DNA of 64,000 bases. Source: Narcine bancroftii. Its lineage: Eukaryota. The DNA is taken from NCBI RefSeq assembly GCF_036971445.1, contig NC_091478.1, positions 103,044,001-103,108,000 of the forward strand, written 5' to 3'. A program made the translations under genes and the position numbers. The notes under the pieces are model-generated. The model was not told where the DNA came from. It ran no database searches and saw nothing but the letters and a program-made list of their open reading frames with translations. Positions 13,817-26,190 of this stretch are shown here, in pieces (the stretch's first letter is position 1; each line of letters opens with the position of its first letter).

Positions 13817-14271
13817 CTTCTTCTTTCTTTGGCTTGGCTTCGCGGACGAAGATTTATGGAGGGGGTAAAAAAGTCCACGTCAGCTGCAGGCTCGTTTGTG
13901 GCTGACCAGTCCGATGCGGGACAGGCAGACACGATTGCAGCGGTTGCAAGGGAAAATTGGTTGGTTGGGGTTGGGTGTTGGGTTTTTCCTCCTTTGCCTT
14001 TTGTCAGTGAGGTGGGCTCTGTGGTCTTCTTCAAAGGAGGTTGCTGCCCGCCGAACTGTGAGGCGCCAAGATGCACGGTTGGAGGCGTTATCAGCCCACT
14101 GGCGGTGGTCAATGTGGCAGGTGCCAAGAGATTTCTTTAGGCAGTCCTTGTACCTTTTCTTTGGTGCACCTCTGTCACGGTGGCCAGTGGAGAGCTCGCC
14201 ATATAATACGATCTTGGGAAGGCGATGGTCCTCCATTCTGGAGACGTGACCCATCCAGCGCAGCTCAGCGT
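13817..14271 (-). mobile_element. RTE-clade LINE, 5'-truncated young copy
   Basis: Open frame GHVSRMEDHRLPKIVLYGELSTGHRDRGAPKKRYKDCLK...CNRCNRVCLSRIGLVSHKRACS. 12-bp TSD CTCTGGGCCTGT (13805-13816, 14272-14283). Confidence 0.88.
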
Positions 14272-14499
14272 CTCTGGGCCTGTAACAATGTGAATAATGT
14301 TCTCACACTGAGTGAGAGACAGAACTTTCATTGTTGGAGACAGTTTTACACAAAGTTTTAAAAAAATAGTCCTCGACTTGCCTGTTCGCCCATCCGTCTC
14401 CTCACATCAATCTAAAGGCTTCTATTTGGACGTTGATATGAACAAGGAAGCCATGGGAACTCCTGATGCAGGAGCAAGCCTTGGGGAGACCCAGCCGGA

Positions 14500-14548
14500 G
14501 TTACCATGGCGACGGTCTCGTCGGCCCGGCGCCCGTTACCCCGGCGAC
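14500..14548 (-). promoter_or_regulatory. Two RFX X-box motifs
   Basis: Minus strand reads GTCGCC-AT-GGTAAC (14513-14500) and GTCGCC-GG-GGTAAC (14548-14535). Both fit GTNRCC-N(0-3)-RGYAAC exactly. Confidence 0.65.
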
Positions 14549-14745
14549 GCGTCGGCATCGCCGATGACGCACGATCCTCCCCTGCGGGGCAGCCCGCGAG
14601 CGGAAACGAGGAGCGGCCGGAAGTGGGCGGGGAGGCTTCCGCGGTGGCGCACAATTCGAGAAGCTTCGACGGGGAGGGCGCCCGCCTGGAACTGGAGGGA
14701 AGAGGCGGCGGATCGGGGCCCGGAGGAGAATCGGGAGCCGCGGCG

Positions 14746-15309
14746 ATGTTCCGGCCGATGAGGCAGGGCTTCCGCAGCCCGCCGCCCGTGGGCGCATCCC
14801 CGGGCCCGTTCCCCGGCGCGGGCCAGGCCGGAGGCGGCGCCTTCCCCTGGGGGGGGCCGGGCTGCGGGGGCCGGCAGCGTCCCTTCAAGTCCCCTCAGCG
14901 CCAAGCGCCGGGCCCGGGCCTGTCGCCCTTCCAGCAGCCGCGCTACCAGAGTCCGTCCCCCGGCGGCCACCCCCACCACCACCAGCCGCCGCAGAATTTC
15001 ACGCCCCGCCACCGCGGCCGCTACTCGTCGCCGCCCTATCAGCCGCCCTCGTCCGGCCAGGCCTCCCCGGGCTCGGGGCCCCGCCGCTACACCGGCTCGC
15101 CCCGGACGTCCACCCCGTTCGGCGGAGGAGGAGGAGGCTGCGGCCTGGACCGGAAGTCGCCGGCGCCCGTGGAGCAGTACTACAAGCCGTCCATGCTGCA
15201 GGACCCGTGGGCAGAGCTGCAGCCCGTGTCCGTGTCCGACATCGAGCGGCAGTACGGCAGCGGGCAAGCGGCCCCCAGCACCACCAAGAAAGGCAGGTAC
15301 TTCAGCTAG
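14746..15309 (+). CDS. MPLKIP: M-phase-specific PLK1-interacting protein (TTDN1), single coding exon
   Basis: Gly/Pro-rich N-terminus, then [32 protein letters not shown] and terminal KKGRYFS, matching the MPLKIP C-terminus (human [39 protein letters not shown]). ATG 14746 (187 aa) is preferred over the in-frame ATG 14506, which lies within an X-box. Confidence 0.92.
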   Translation: [187 protein letters not shown]

Positions 15310-18119
15310 CAGCGTCTGCAAGGCCCCCCCCCTCCCCCCCCACAGTGACCCACAACTTCCAGAGACCAGGACTTGTTTTTAAAAAGAAACTTGCATCTTT
15401 TTGGCAGATTGAATTTTGTAACGAGACCTATTTTTTTACCCCCCCCCCCCCCCCCCCCCGTCTGGTAGTTCCTCGGATAGCTGCACCTGCTCCAAATAAC
15501 TGTTCTTTACCAATCACTCACCAGCCAGTGGACAGAGACTCATTGTTTTGCAGGTATCCTCCACTTCTATGCATTTTACCCAACAGGTTTAAAACAAAAA
15601 TGCATCATCTAATTTTTTTTTTACAGTGAGCCACCGAAATGGTCATTTTTAAAACTTTTGTCGACTTTTTTAGATTCAAGGTGGAAGGGGAAAAAAAACT
15701 TCCAATGTTTAATATCTTTTTTTTAAGCAAATTCGAATTGTGCGTTGGTCAAACCGAAGGAAGGAAAGTGATTCGTGTATGATTTCCCGGTGAGATGTGT
15801 ATCTGGGGCAAGTGTGCAGTAAAGGTGTGGTGTGTTGGTATGACATCTGGTTTCATTTTTTTTCCTGGTAATTGTCGATAAGAACTTGAGCAAACTTATT
15901 TCCCTTTTCAAAACGACTTCTGGGTGTGTGCAAGCTCATTTGGCTTGTACTTCCAACAAAGCAAAGGTGGGGAAAATTTTTATTACAGTCGTGGACAAAT
16001 ACTTCTTGGCGACATGTTGGTCTAATTGTGACTTGCTACTTATAAAGTTTGCTTGATTTTTTTTTAAGATCAGCATGTGGAAATTATGCTCTTAATTCTC
16101 ATCAACCCTTGATCACCAATTGTTTCGATTTCCAAGCAGTTGGTGGCTGTGAAGAAATGTGTGCCTCTTGAGTGACAACCACTCTATTGGCACAGTCAGA
16201 AGGATGGTCCTGCCTAGATATCCTCACTTGGAGGAGTGAGGTGTGCTAGAATATTTGATAGGGTCATTATTGTGAACCTGGATCGTATGAAAGCACTTTT
16301 TCATGATGTCTTTGGATGATGAGGGTGACAACCCCCTTTCCTCATAATAATTGCTTTAGCTTCCAGCTGAAATTGATTTACATGAAAAGCAACCGTTCAA
16401 ATTCAGGAATGTGTCAGTGCATTATTTTTTTAATTTTGAAAAGAAGAGCTCCTTCCAAAAACATTTGAAGTGTTATTAAATTTGGAGTAGACATCTATGG
16501 TTGAACTTGGTGTTTGATGAAAGGAAATATGGATTCAATATATTTTTTATTCCTGAACATTGAAATAGGTAACCTTTCTGAATTGCCCTAGTTTGGCTGT
16601 TGAAACTGTCACAATTTTGAATGGGGGGGGGGGGGTAGAAGAAGAAACGGACAAAAGAGAAATGTGCATTCAGAATCAAAACGTGTTGTGGCCTCTTTTG
16701 TGTTTTAATTGTCAAACATTGTGTTGCTTATTTAGATTTTAGTCTTGCAGGAACAAAATTCTGTACATTTGTGCTTTCTACTGTGTTCTTGTCCTTCTTT
16801 AAACAGCACATCCTCTCATTTTAACTGCAGAAATCCTTTAGTAATATTAAAAAAAACTATGTCAATGACATGTTTCCTGTCTTGTAACACTCCAGTTATG
16901 TTCAAACTGGCCCTTCAGAAGACTTGAAGAAATTCAAAAAGTGCACGTGCTTTTATCCCTATGTGTTCTTTCTGTTTGGGTCAATTTAAAAGATGATTTA
17001 TCTACCCGAGAACAAAAATATTTTTTCCTTCTAAACTTCAAGAATACATCAAATAATTTTTTTTAATAGGCAGGAAAGCATGAAAGTTTGTTGACATAAC
17101 AAACATTTTCATTTTCTTTTTTGACTTGGAGGAATGGGGGGAAAATGTAGAATTGTGTGTTAGAAAGGTTGTGACAGTGTCTTCAACTTTGCTTAGATTG
17201 TAAGGAACATGAGCGATTGTTTGCTCATAGCAAGTGGTGATTGAGTAAACAAATGACCACCTTCATTATACATCAATAGCTAAAGGGAAGGTGTTAAAGT
17301 ACTTAAATGAATTCTTTTGCACACAATCCATCCTTGATAAAGAACTTCATCATGCAAGCTGAGCACTCCACTGAAACCAGACACAGTGTGTACTATTTAT
17401 ATTTGGAGTAAACGATGTTAAAATACAGTATAGCGGGCAGGCATACACTTGACCATTCAACTTCTTTATTTTAATATTTTGTGAGAAAATCTTACTTGTT
17501 GAATGACTAAAGGAAGATTCAGTAAAGATACTGAATTAATTACTGAAGTAATTAATATGTATTTAATTCAGGCACAAATTTCTTAAATGTATCTCGAGCA
17601 CAATTCATCAAAGAGAACACAAACTACCTCCATTAAGCATAAAAAAGATATTTTCCTCCTGAAATACTATTTGTTCTAAAGATTTTTGGCCAAGTATTTT
17701 GAAAACCTCAATGGTTATTGTCACATCCACAAAAATAATAAGAATTTTAACATCTATTAATCACCATCCGTTTGAGTATTTTCAATCTAATATGCAAAAT
17801 GGAAACATTTAAACAGCATCATCCGGACAGAGCAATAAATTTTATTGTTCACTATTTGATTAACAGAGCTAGAAATATGAAATAATCTCATTTGTTCAGA
17901 CTTGCAAGTGCTTCCATAGAAGTTTTAAGATTTGGGAATTTCCAGGTAGAACTATCACAAAATAAGTTTGATTCAAGTATTTAACGGAGAATTTTTTTTG
18001 CAATGTGTTCTACTCAGTCAGACCTAAATCCCAATTATTTCTCTTTCTAATGTTAGAAGTTACTTGTGTTCAAGTTTTTGAAATCTTGCCTTTTTTATTG
18101 ACATTTGTATATGATGTGA

Positions 18120-18610
18120 GAGATTATCATTTGTACATATGTTAACATGTACCAATGCACTGAAATTCTTGCTGCAGCCACACAGATACAAAAGATAAAC
18201 CAACAACAATAGTATGAATTAAATTACTATAATGTGCCATGAGACAAAAAATAATAAATATAACATATATATTTGTTGTAGATGCAAGAAAAAAATGACA
18301 TTGTAATTGTGCAAACTTTTATTTTCTGTTCCTGGAGTAGTTTGTTGTTGGGGTAATTTGAGGAGGATCAAGATTCTGATAACTTGGAAAAAAAAGAACT
18401 GTTCTTGAATCCAGAGGTACCTTCTGCTTGAAATTATCAGTGAGAAGAAATCACGGCGAGGGTGATGATGGGATCCTTTATGATGTTGGCTGCCTTCTTG
18501 AGGAGGCACCTCATGTAGATGTCTTCACTGGATGGGAGTTGGTGCCCATGATGGACTTGGCCAGATTGCCACTTTCTTCAACCTTCTGCGTTGCTGGGCA
18601 TGTGCAAGCT
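18120..18610 (-). mobile_element. Rex1-type LINE 3' fragment, decayed
   Basis: Reverse complement resembles the 3' part of the 12060-12680 copy (CLKKAANIIKDP-type region). Confidence 0.6.
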
Positions 18611-18677
18611 TAAGCGGTGTTGTTTTAACATCTCTGATTTATTTTTAAAAATGTTAACAATTGAATAAAAAAAATTA

Positions 18678-19140
18678 CAATATCTACTCGTGTAATACCG
18701 AACTCCCCCCCCCCCTTTTTTTTGCCTCAAAAATTGTGTATTTTCTGTATGACCTGTTAAAGGTTGACCCTGCCCTTCCGAGCTCCCGATGCCCTGACTA
18801 CGGTGAACCCTCACCTCGCTGACTGCCCATCAGAGCTCCTGATGCTCGACCGCAAACCGTCACCCCGGCTGTCTGCCCACTTGATCTCCAAATGCCTCGA
18901 CCTCTGATCCTCACCTCAGCTGACTGGAATTTACTCCAGGCACCAGCCACCCACCCACCTGTACAAGCTCCAAATGCGGACTTACCACCCAGTCCTGGCC
19001 ATACGAGCTCCTGATGCCTTAAACGATACAGGTACCTACTGCAATCAAAAGTGGTATGAAAAATAGTCTACCCCCACCCCCCTAAAATTTGACCTGAAAA
19101 ATTGGTCCCTAAAACACAAATATGACACGAGTAAATATGG
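18678..19140. mobile_element. Tc1/pogo(Tigger)-like MITE with internal degenerate tandem repeats
   Basis: Imperfect TIRs CAATATCTACTCGTGTAATA / TATGACACGAGTAAATATGG, with TA on the left flank. Internal units of about 55-60 bp carry GAGCTCC(T/C)GATGC. Confidence 0.6.
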
Positions 19141-22100
19141 TTCTTGAAATTGCTTGTTTCAGATTTTAATTGAACATTACGGCACAGTTGCAGTCCTTTG
19201 GCCCATGATATTATGCTGACCTGTATAAACCTACTCAACAAAATGTCAGCCTCCCACGCGTAACACTTTATCTTGGATTTTTAGAGTTGTATTGAAGTTT
19301 TTATCATACTTCTATTGATGTGCTCTTAATGACTGAGCTTGTCGATTGCCAGTTTTACAGACACCACAGATAATTAAATGTAATTGAAGTAGTCTTTCAT
19401 AAGATGGGTATATCTGCATTTTATTTTTCCTGACGTGGAATAAAACAGTAATTATCTTGGGTTAGTAAAATTTCTCAACCTGTAGCCGTGGGTTTTCTAT
19501 AGCAGGTTCATGTTGACACAGCAAAAAATATTGATAAAATAAGCTAGTGATATATAAAACAAGCTTGTAAATTTGATCAGAAAATTAAAGATTCTCAAAA
19601 TATGTCCCAATAAAACAAAATGATATCCCGTCGGTAGTAATAGAAAGGAGCTCAAGGGTGTGAGAGCACTGACATTATACTAATCCAAGGTCCTGAATAC
19701 TTTTCATCCATCTTTGAGAAATATATTTCTGTTTGGACCTATAGCCAGTATTGGTGGTTTGGCGCAAGTTTAATTCGGTCATGATTTATAAAAAATGGGG
19801 ATCTCTGGTGTTTTCCTTCATATAGGTGGGATGAACGAGCAAAGTCATTTCTAAGAAATGTATTCAAATTTTGAATATCCTCTATAAGCCAGTAAAATCT
19901 AGAAAACGGTCAGACAGCTTTCAGCAGCGTTCAAGTTCTTTCACTTGTATCTGGCCATTCAGCCCCACCAATCCATCCCAACTCTTGTGTTCAACAAGGA
20001 GCTCCTTCCTACTTTCTTATCTAACTTACTAATCATTATCTCCCTTGATCTAGATTCTCTTCTCCCTTCCCCTGCAACATGTGCCCATGATCTTTACCTC
20101 GAGTACCTTGAAGCTTATTCAACTTTTAGGTACATCCATAACCTACAAAGACATTGATAGTAATAAATTTTGTGCATTAAAATGGTTTCACCATCTCGGA
20201 CAAAGTGACTTCAATTTGCATTATTAACTGTATCCCTTCCACAGATGCTGCCCTACTTACTGAGTGTTTCCAGCACTTTTTACTTTTATTTCCAGTTTCT
20301 GGCATCTGCAATTTTATTTTTGATTTTCATGAAATATTTTCACCACCATTATTGGTGTACTATTTTGAGAAAGCCCTGGTCTTTGAAACATTTGTCCAGG
20401 CCATTTCTGGGTTACGAGTGACCGACAAGTGTACCTACGCATTCATTTCTACGAACATCAGAACTAGTTTTCTCGTTTTCACTACTACTTTTAGTTATTG
20501 TTCTTTCTCATCAGCTTGTGTGTTTTTGATGCCACTCATTACAATACTGTGGAGGTCTGGTAACTTAATTGACTTTTTTGATTTATGTTATTTGTAAAAA
20601 TGGATCCCGTTTGTTACCCAAGAACAGCCTGATATTTCAACCCCTATGCAATAAGGATTGCTTTTCTGCAAAATGTTTGATGGGCATGGAATACTATGGG
20701 GGCAGACATAATGGTTCATATCCATCTCTCTCCAAATATCCTTTGACTGTCAAAATTTTACTTTCTGCCCAAGTAAATTGTAAAAGCTTGTTCCAGATGA
20801 GTGAAAAGGACCACCCTCTGAGTGAAAAAGGTTGTCCCTTATGTTCCTCTTAAATTTAACCCTTTTTACCTTAAATCTATGACTTCTAGTTCCAGAATCT
20901 TTAACCTGATTTTTCAGTTATATTTACAAACCTGTGAGGCACATAAAACTAGGCACTATCCTGTCCAATTTCTCGGTTATTTGTTCATTAAAATGTCCAC
21001 ATATATTTGTCCTTTGGATCCAATGATGACATCGACCACCAAAACTGGTGCAAGTACAGTTGTGTCAAAGAGTTTGCCATCTGAAGTGTTAACTGTTTCT
21101 GCCGATGCTGTCTGAACTGTTGAGCTTTTTTCTGGTGTTTTGTTTTTATTTCAGATTCCCTTCATCTGCTCCTCACCTTTGGTCCTATCTGGCCTCACTG
21201 TACCACTATTGTCACGTCTTATTCAGATTCCAGCACTGGCACCCTTTGTCTCTGCTTGTCACGCAGGTCACCGTGTATGACTGTCTTTCTCCACCTGACT
21301 CTTTTATTGCTCTTGCATGACTTTCCTCACACAACATCATCTACTTGTATCATCTATCCCTGGTCCCTGTCCAAGCCCTCCTTATCCTAGCCTCATTCAA
21401 CTAGCTACCTCTCCTTCACAATCTGCCTTGATGAAAGGTTCCAACCCAAAACGTTGACAATTCTTTTCGCCCACTGATGCTGCTCGACCTGTTGAATTCC
21501 TCCAGCAAATCCTGTTTTGCTCCAGATTCCAACATCTGCTGCTTTTGTATAATCATGTTCAATAAAAGTACCGACATTTCAGTTGAGATCGTTTGCAGAA
21601 TCTGCACCAGTTGCTGTTGCAATTTCTAACTCTCTCTGAAACTTAACATTGTTATGCTTAATTTTTCTGAAAATAGAGGTTGTTTATTTTCCTTCCTGCC
21701 CATATGTGTATTTAAAATTATAGTATCGTTTGTCACTTTGCATTCATTAGAATAATATACTCATGCTCCTCTTCACGGTTTTTGATGGGAACAGAATCAA
21801 ATAGGTTTAGGAAACTTAATTACACAAAGTTCACTTTAACAATGGTTGCATTGTGGTGCCAATTGGGGACAAGTTCTTGTTTCTGTGGAAATACCAAATA
21901 TCTGGATGACTGCCAAATCCATCACATTTTGCTACAGGTTGGTGTAAATAAGCTCCTCTCACAACCACAATCTCAAGTGTCATTTCTCGAACTAACTCCA
22001 GGGATTTTCCAACAGCCTGCTTCACATTTCTGAACATCATCACCAACTGATAATCTCAGAATCTAAAGAGTTCCTATCAAGGGAAAAGTGAATCAGTAAT

Positions 22101-22785
22101 TGGGAAATGACAAGTATGGAAAGGAATAAAAGCAAGCGACCTTTAATTAAACAGAAACGAATCCCCAAAGGGACTGCTACAATCCAGTTTCTATATTCCA
22201 TGTGAAACAAAATTGCAGACTTTGTAATCTTGAGCAGGTTTTAAAAAAAATTGCTGGAGGAACTCATCAGGTCAGACAGCATCTTTACCAGTGGTCCAGA
22301 CCCAAAAGGTAGACTGACCATCTCTACCCATGGATGCTATCTGACCTGCAGAGTTCCTCCAGCAATTCCTTAGAATAGTTTTCTTGAGGTACTCAATCCC
22401 AAAAAAAGTGTGCTTAATATTTTTATTTGCAAATGGACAAAAAAGGGAAATGTACAAAAACCTCGGTACATTTTGGAAAATTTCAATTATGAAAATGAAT
22501 GCCATGATTAACCGTGGATCTGAACTAAATATTGCTTCTCTGGTAAAGAATCATGGTTGACTGTTAAAACAAAGCATGTTGATGTTCAGCTGACATTTTG
22601 CATTCCTTTCACCACCATCTCGAAACTAGATCTAACCACTTCAAGGCAGAGTGGCATGTTCCTATATTGCTGCGCCTTATTGAGTAATACTTCCTTTTTA
22701 ATTGGTTCTTATACACATAAATGTACATGTATAATACATTTATGGAGTGCACAATAAAAATGGTAAGTTACATAGCTCAACAAAT

Positions 22786-23072
22786 TTCTTCTTTTTTCTT
22801 TGGCTTGGCTTTGCGGACGAAGATTTATGGAGGGGGTAAAAAGTCCACGTCAGCTGCAGGCTCGTTTGTGGCTGACAAGTCCGATGCGGGACAGGCAGAC
22901 ACGGTTGCAGGGGAAAATTGGTTGGTTGGGGTTGGGTGTTGGGTTTTTCCTCCTTTGCCTTTTGTCAGTGAGGTGGGCTCTGCGGTCTTCTTCAAAGGAG
23001 GTTGCTGCCTGCCAAACTGTGAGGCGCCAAGATGCACGGTTTGAGGCGTTTCAGCCCACTGGCGGTGGTCAA
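22786..23072 (-). mobile_element. RTE-clade LINE 3' end
   Basis: Near-identical to 13817-14111 apart from a small deletion and a few substitutions. Confidence 0.85.
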
Positions 23073-23899
23073 ATTATAAAGGCATATAAAGTGCATCCAT
23101 AATGTATAAAACACAGATAGTCATGTCTTGAAATCCCATCCCCTTACCATCATTGCATGACGAGAGAAGGGGAAATAAAAGAAAAATGTTATTTGTTCAT
23201 GGAGGTAAATAACAAACTACTAAAGTTTAGGATTTCTATTTTGTCTAAAGGTTGTGGAAAAGTTTGAAACCTTTGAGTTACTAATTGAAGTAACAAATCT
23301 TATTCTAAGTTTAAATGGGACATAATGTCCCTTAACCATGGAGCGGGGGTGGGCAGGGCAGCATCCTTCCATCTAAACAATAATACTCCTGGCTAAGAGA
23401 GAGGCAAAAGACAGAACTCGACATTTGATTGCAATTAAAAGAACCTCATCTTCTCCAGTTGTGCAAAAAGAGCAACCAAAGGATTTGGCTCTGGATTTAA
23501 ATTAAGGATTAAGTTTGAAACACATCTCTCCAATGTCCTTCGAGACTAGGGCACATCCAAAAGGTGGATTAGAGAAGCTTCTTTCCTCTTACATTTATCA
23601 CAGTAAGGGTCTATGTTTGAATAAGTATGAGTAATACTTCCAATCAGAAGAGTGTGGGTTCAAGTGTAGCCTGAAGATCTCAGCATGAAGATTGAGACTG
23701 TCAATGAATTGACAGAATTCTGGCTTTTTGGAGCCTTGGTTTAAAATGATCTCCCCTTCAGTTCTTAAAAGAAATCCCACCCAACTATTTTGAAGAGTAT
23801 GAGGCTTTCCCTGGTGTTTTGGCTAACTTCCCTCAATCAACATTGCTGGCTGTTATAATTTTGCTGTTTTCAAGCATTACTTGTACTCAACCTGACCAC

Positions 23900-26190
23900 T
23901 TCCATAACAAGATCACAAGAAACAGGAAAAGGCCATTTGGCCCATCGAGTCTGCACTGTGAAACCTCCCTGAACTAAACTCACATCTAGTTCCAAGATCC
24001 GGCCTTGTCCCATACAGCTGTATGTGGCAACAAATTCCACAAATCCACTACCCTCTGGCTAAAGAAATTTCTCTTCATCTCTGTTGTAAATTGGTACTTT
24101 TTAATTCTATGACTTTGCCCTCTTGTACTGGAATCACCCAACAGGGGAAACATCTTATTTGCATCTATTCTGTCCAATCCATTAATGAATGGATTAATGG
24201 ATATATTGATATGTTTCTATAAGATCCCCTCTCATTCTTCTATATTCTAATGAATAGAGTCTAAGAGCTGCAAAGTGTTCCTCATATGTTAGCCCTCTTT
24301 CCTGGAATTATTCTGGTAAACCTCTATACCCTCTCCATCCTTGCAATATTCTTTCTAAGATAATGGGGCCTAAAACTGCACACTTACCAGTGCCCCATAG
24401 ACTCATCAACTCCTCTTTATTCTCATATGTAATCTCCTTTGAAATGAATGCCAACATAGCATTTGCCTGGTTTACTGCTGATCCAACCTGCTAGTCAACT
24501 TTAATCCTGCACAAGGGCCTCCAAGTCCCTTTGTACTTCTGAGGTTTGAATTTTATCCCCACCCAAAAATAATCTGACCATTTATTTCCTCTACCAAAAT
24601 GCACAACTGTACATTTCTCATCATGGTCTCATCTGCCTTTTCTTTGCCCATTCTCCTCAGCTGTCCACATCTCTCTCTGCAAGCTTTCGATTTCTTCTAC
24701 ACCGTACTCTACCACCTATCTTGGTGTCATCTGCAAATTTTGCCACAAAACCATTTAATCCACAATCTAAATCATCAATATACATTGTAAAAAAGAAGTG
24801 GCCCCAACACTGACCCTTGTGGAACACCACTAGTAACAGGCAATCCAGAACAGGATCCCTTTATTCCTACCCTTTGCTTCCTGCCTATCAGCCAATGCTC
24901 AACCCAATCTATTTTTTAATAGTAATTCCATGTGCTCTCGTCTTATTATGCAACCTCTTATGCAGCACCTTATCAAAGGCCTTTTGAAAATCCAAATACA
25001 CAACATCCGCAGCCTCTCCCTTGTCTACCCTACTTGAGATTTCCTTAAAAAAATTCCATTAGGTTGGTCAGGCAGGGTCTTCCCTTCTTGAATCCATGGT
25101 GGCTCGGACCCATCATGCCATGCACCTCAAATTATTCCATAACCTCGTCCTTGAGGATCGATTCCAATATCCTTCCAACATCAGATGAATAGACCTATAA
25201 TTTACTTTTTTCTGCCTCCCTCCTTTCTTAAACAGCAGAACTACATTTCTGACCTTCCAATTCTCAGGAACCATGCCTGAGTCTATTGATTTCTGGAAAA
25301 TCAATTCCAATGTCTCTACAATCTCCAAGACCACCTCCTTCAGAACCAGAACTCATCTGGTCCTGGAGACTTATCTACTTTCAGACCATTCAGGTTCTGA
25401 AGGTGGTGGTCTTGGAGACCATTAAGTGCTATTTCTCTGGTAAACCTGACTGTATTTAATCCTATCCCCGGAGTCCTTTGAATATCAGGTATATTGCTAA
25501 TGTCTTCCCTCCAGAGGGAAGAATGGCACAAAATATCCATTATAATTTCCTCTGCCGACTTTATTACCCATTATAATTTCTCCAGCTTCATTTTCAATTG
25601 GCCCATTATCTACCCTTGTCTCTTTTTATATATTTGCAACTCTATCCTTTTGTATGTTATTTGCCAATTTCCTTTCATAATTCATCGTTTCTTTCGTCAT
25701 GACTTTTTTTTGTCTCATAAGTCCTCTGCTTTTCCAATAACTCTTGCTGCCCTGTCTGCCCTTCCTTTTGCTTTTGTTTTAGCTTTAACCTCGCTTGTTA
25801 GCCACATCTGCATCATTTTACCATTCATAATTTTCCTTGGAATATATCCTGTGCCTTCTTTATTTCTTGGAGAAATATCAACCAATTCTGTTCTATCTGG
25901 CTGACTTTTCCAGTCAACTTGGGCCAGTTCCTCTCTCATACCACTGTAATTCCCTTTGTTCCACTGAAATATTGACACCCCCTGCGACCATTTTTTTCCC
26001 TTTCAAAGTGGAAGCTGAACTCTATCATGTTGTGATCCGTACTTCCTCAGGGCTCCACAACCTTTAAATTCCTAATCACCCAATGCAAAACCGCCGATCC
26101 TCTCTCTGGTGGGCTGATCCAAAAAGCCATCCTTTAGGCATTCTATAAACTCTTCCTTCTGAGATCCTGTCCCTTCCTGAGTTCATTCTG
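23900..26190 (-). mobile_element. CR1-clade LINE, 5'-truncated and decayed
   Basis: Fragments KGNYSGMREELAQVDW, LKVDKSPGPD, PENWKVRNVVLLFKKGGRQKKVNYRSI and MFPLLGDSSTRGQSHRIK...RNFFSQRVVDLWNLLP occur in CR1 ORF2 order. Confidence 0.88.

Larger units (their letters stand above)
12816..14287. mobile_element. Putative solo LTR or LTR-like repeat hosting two RTE insertions
   Basis: Candidate TGTTA...TAACA termini; the right end is interrupted by an RTE insertion with a TSD. No clear host TSD, so the left boundary is uncertain. Confidence 0.35.
14480..15330. promoter_or_regulatory. CpG island, probable bidirectional promoter (MPLKIP / C16orf46-like)
   Basis: Abrupt GC- and CpG-rich block in an AT-rich background, with a GC box (GGGCGGGG, about 14625) and divergent genes on each side. 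Confidence 0.7.

Noticed and set aside
14312-15629. Overlapping alternative and antisense ORFs around MPLKIP
   Set aside because: Expected shadow frames in very GC-rich coding DNA; no recognisable motifs.
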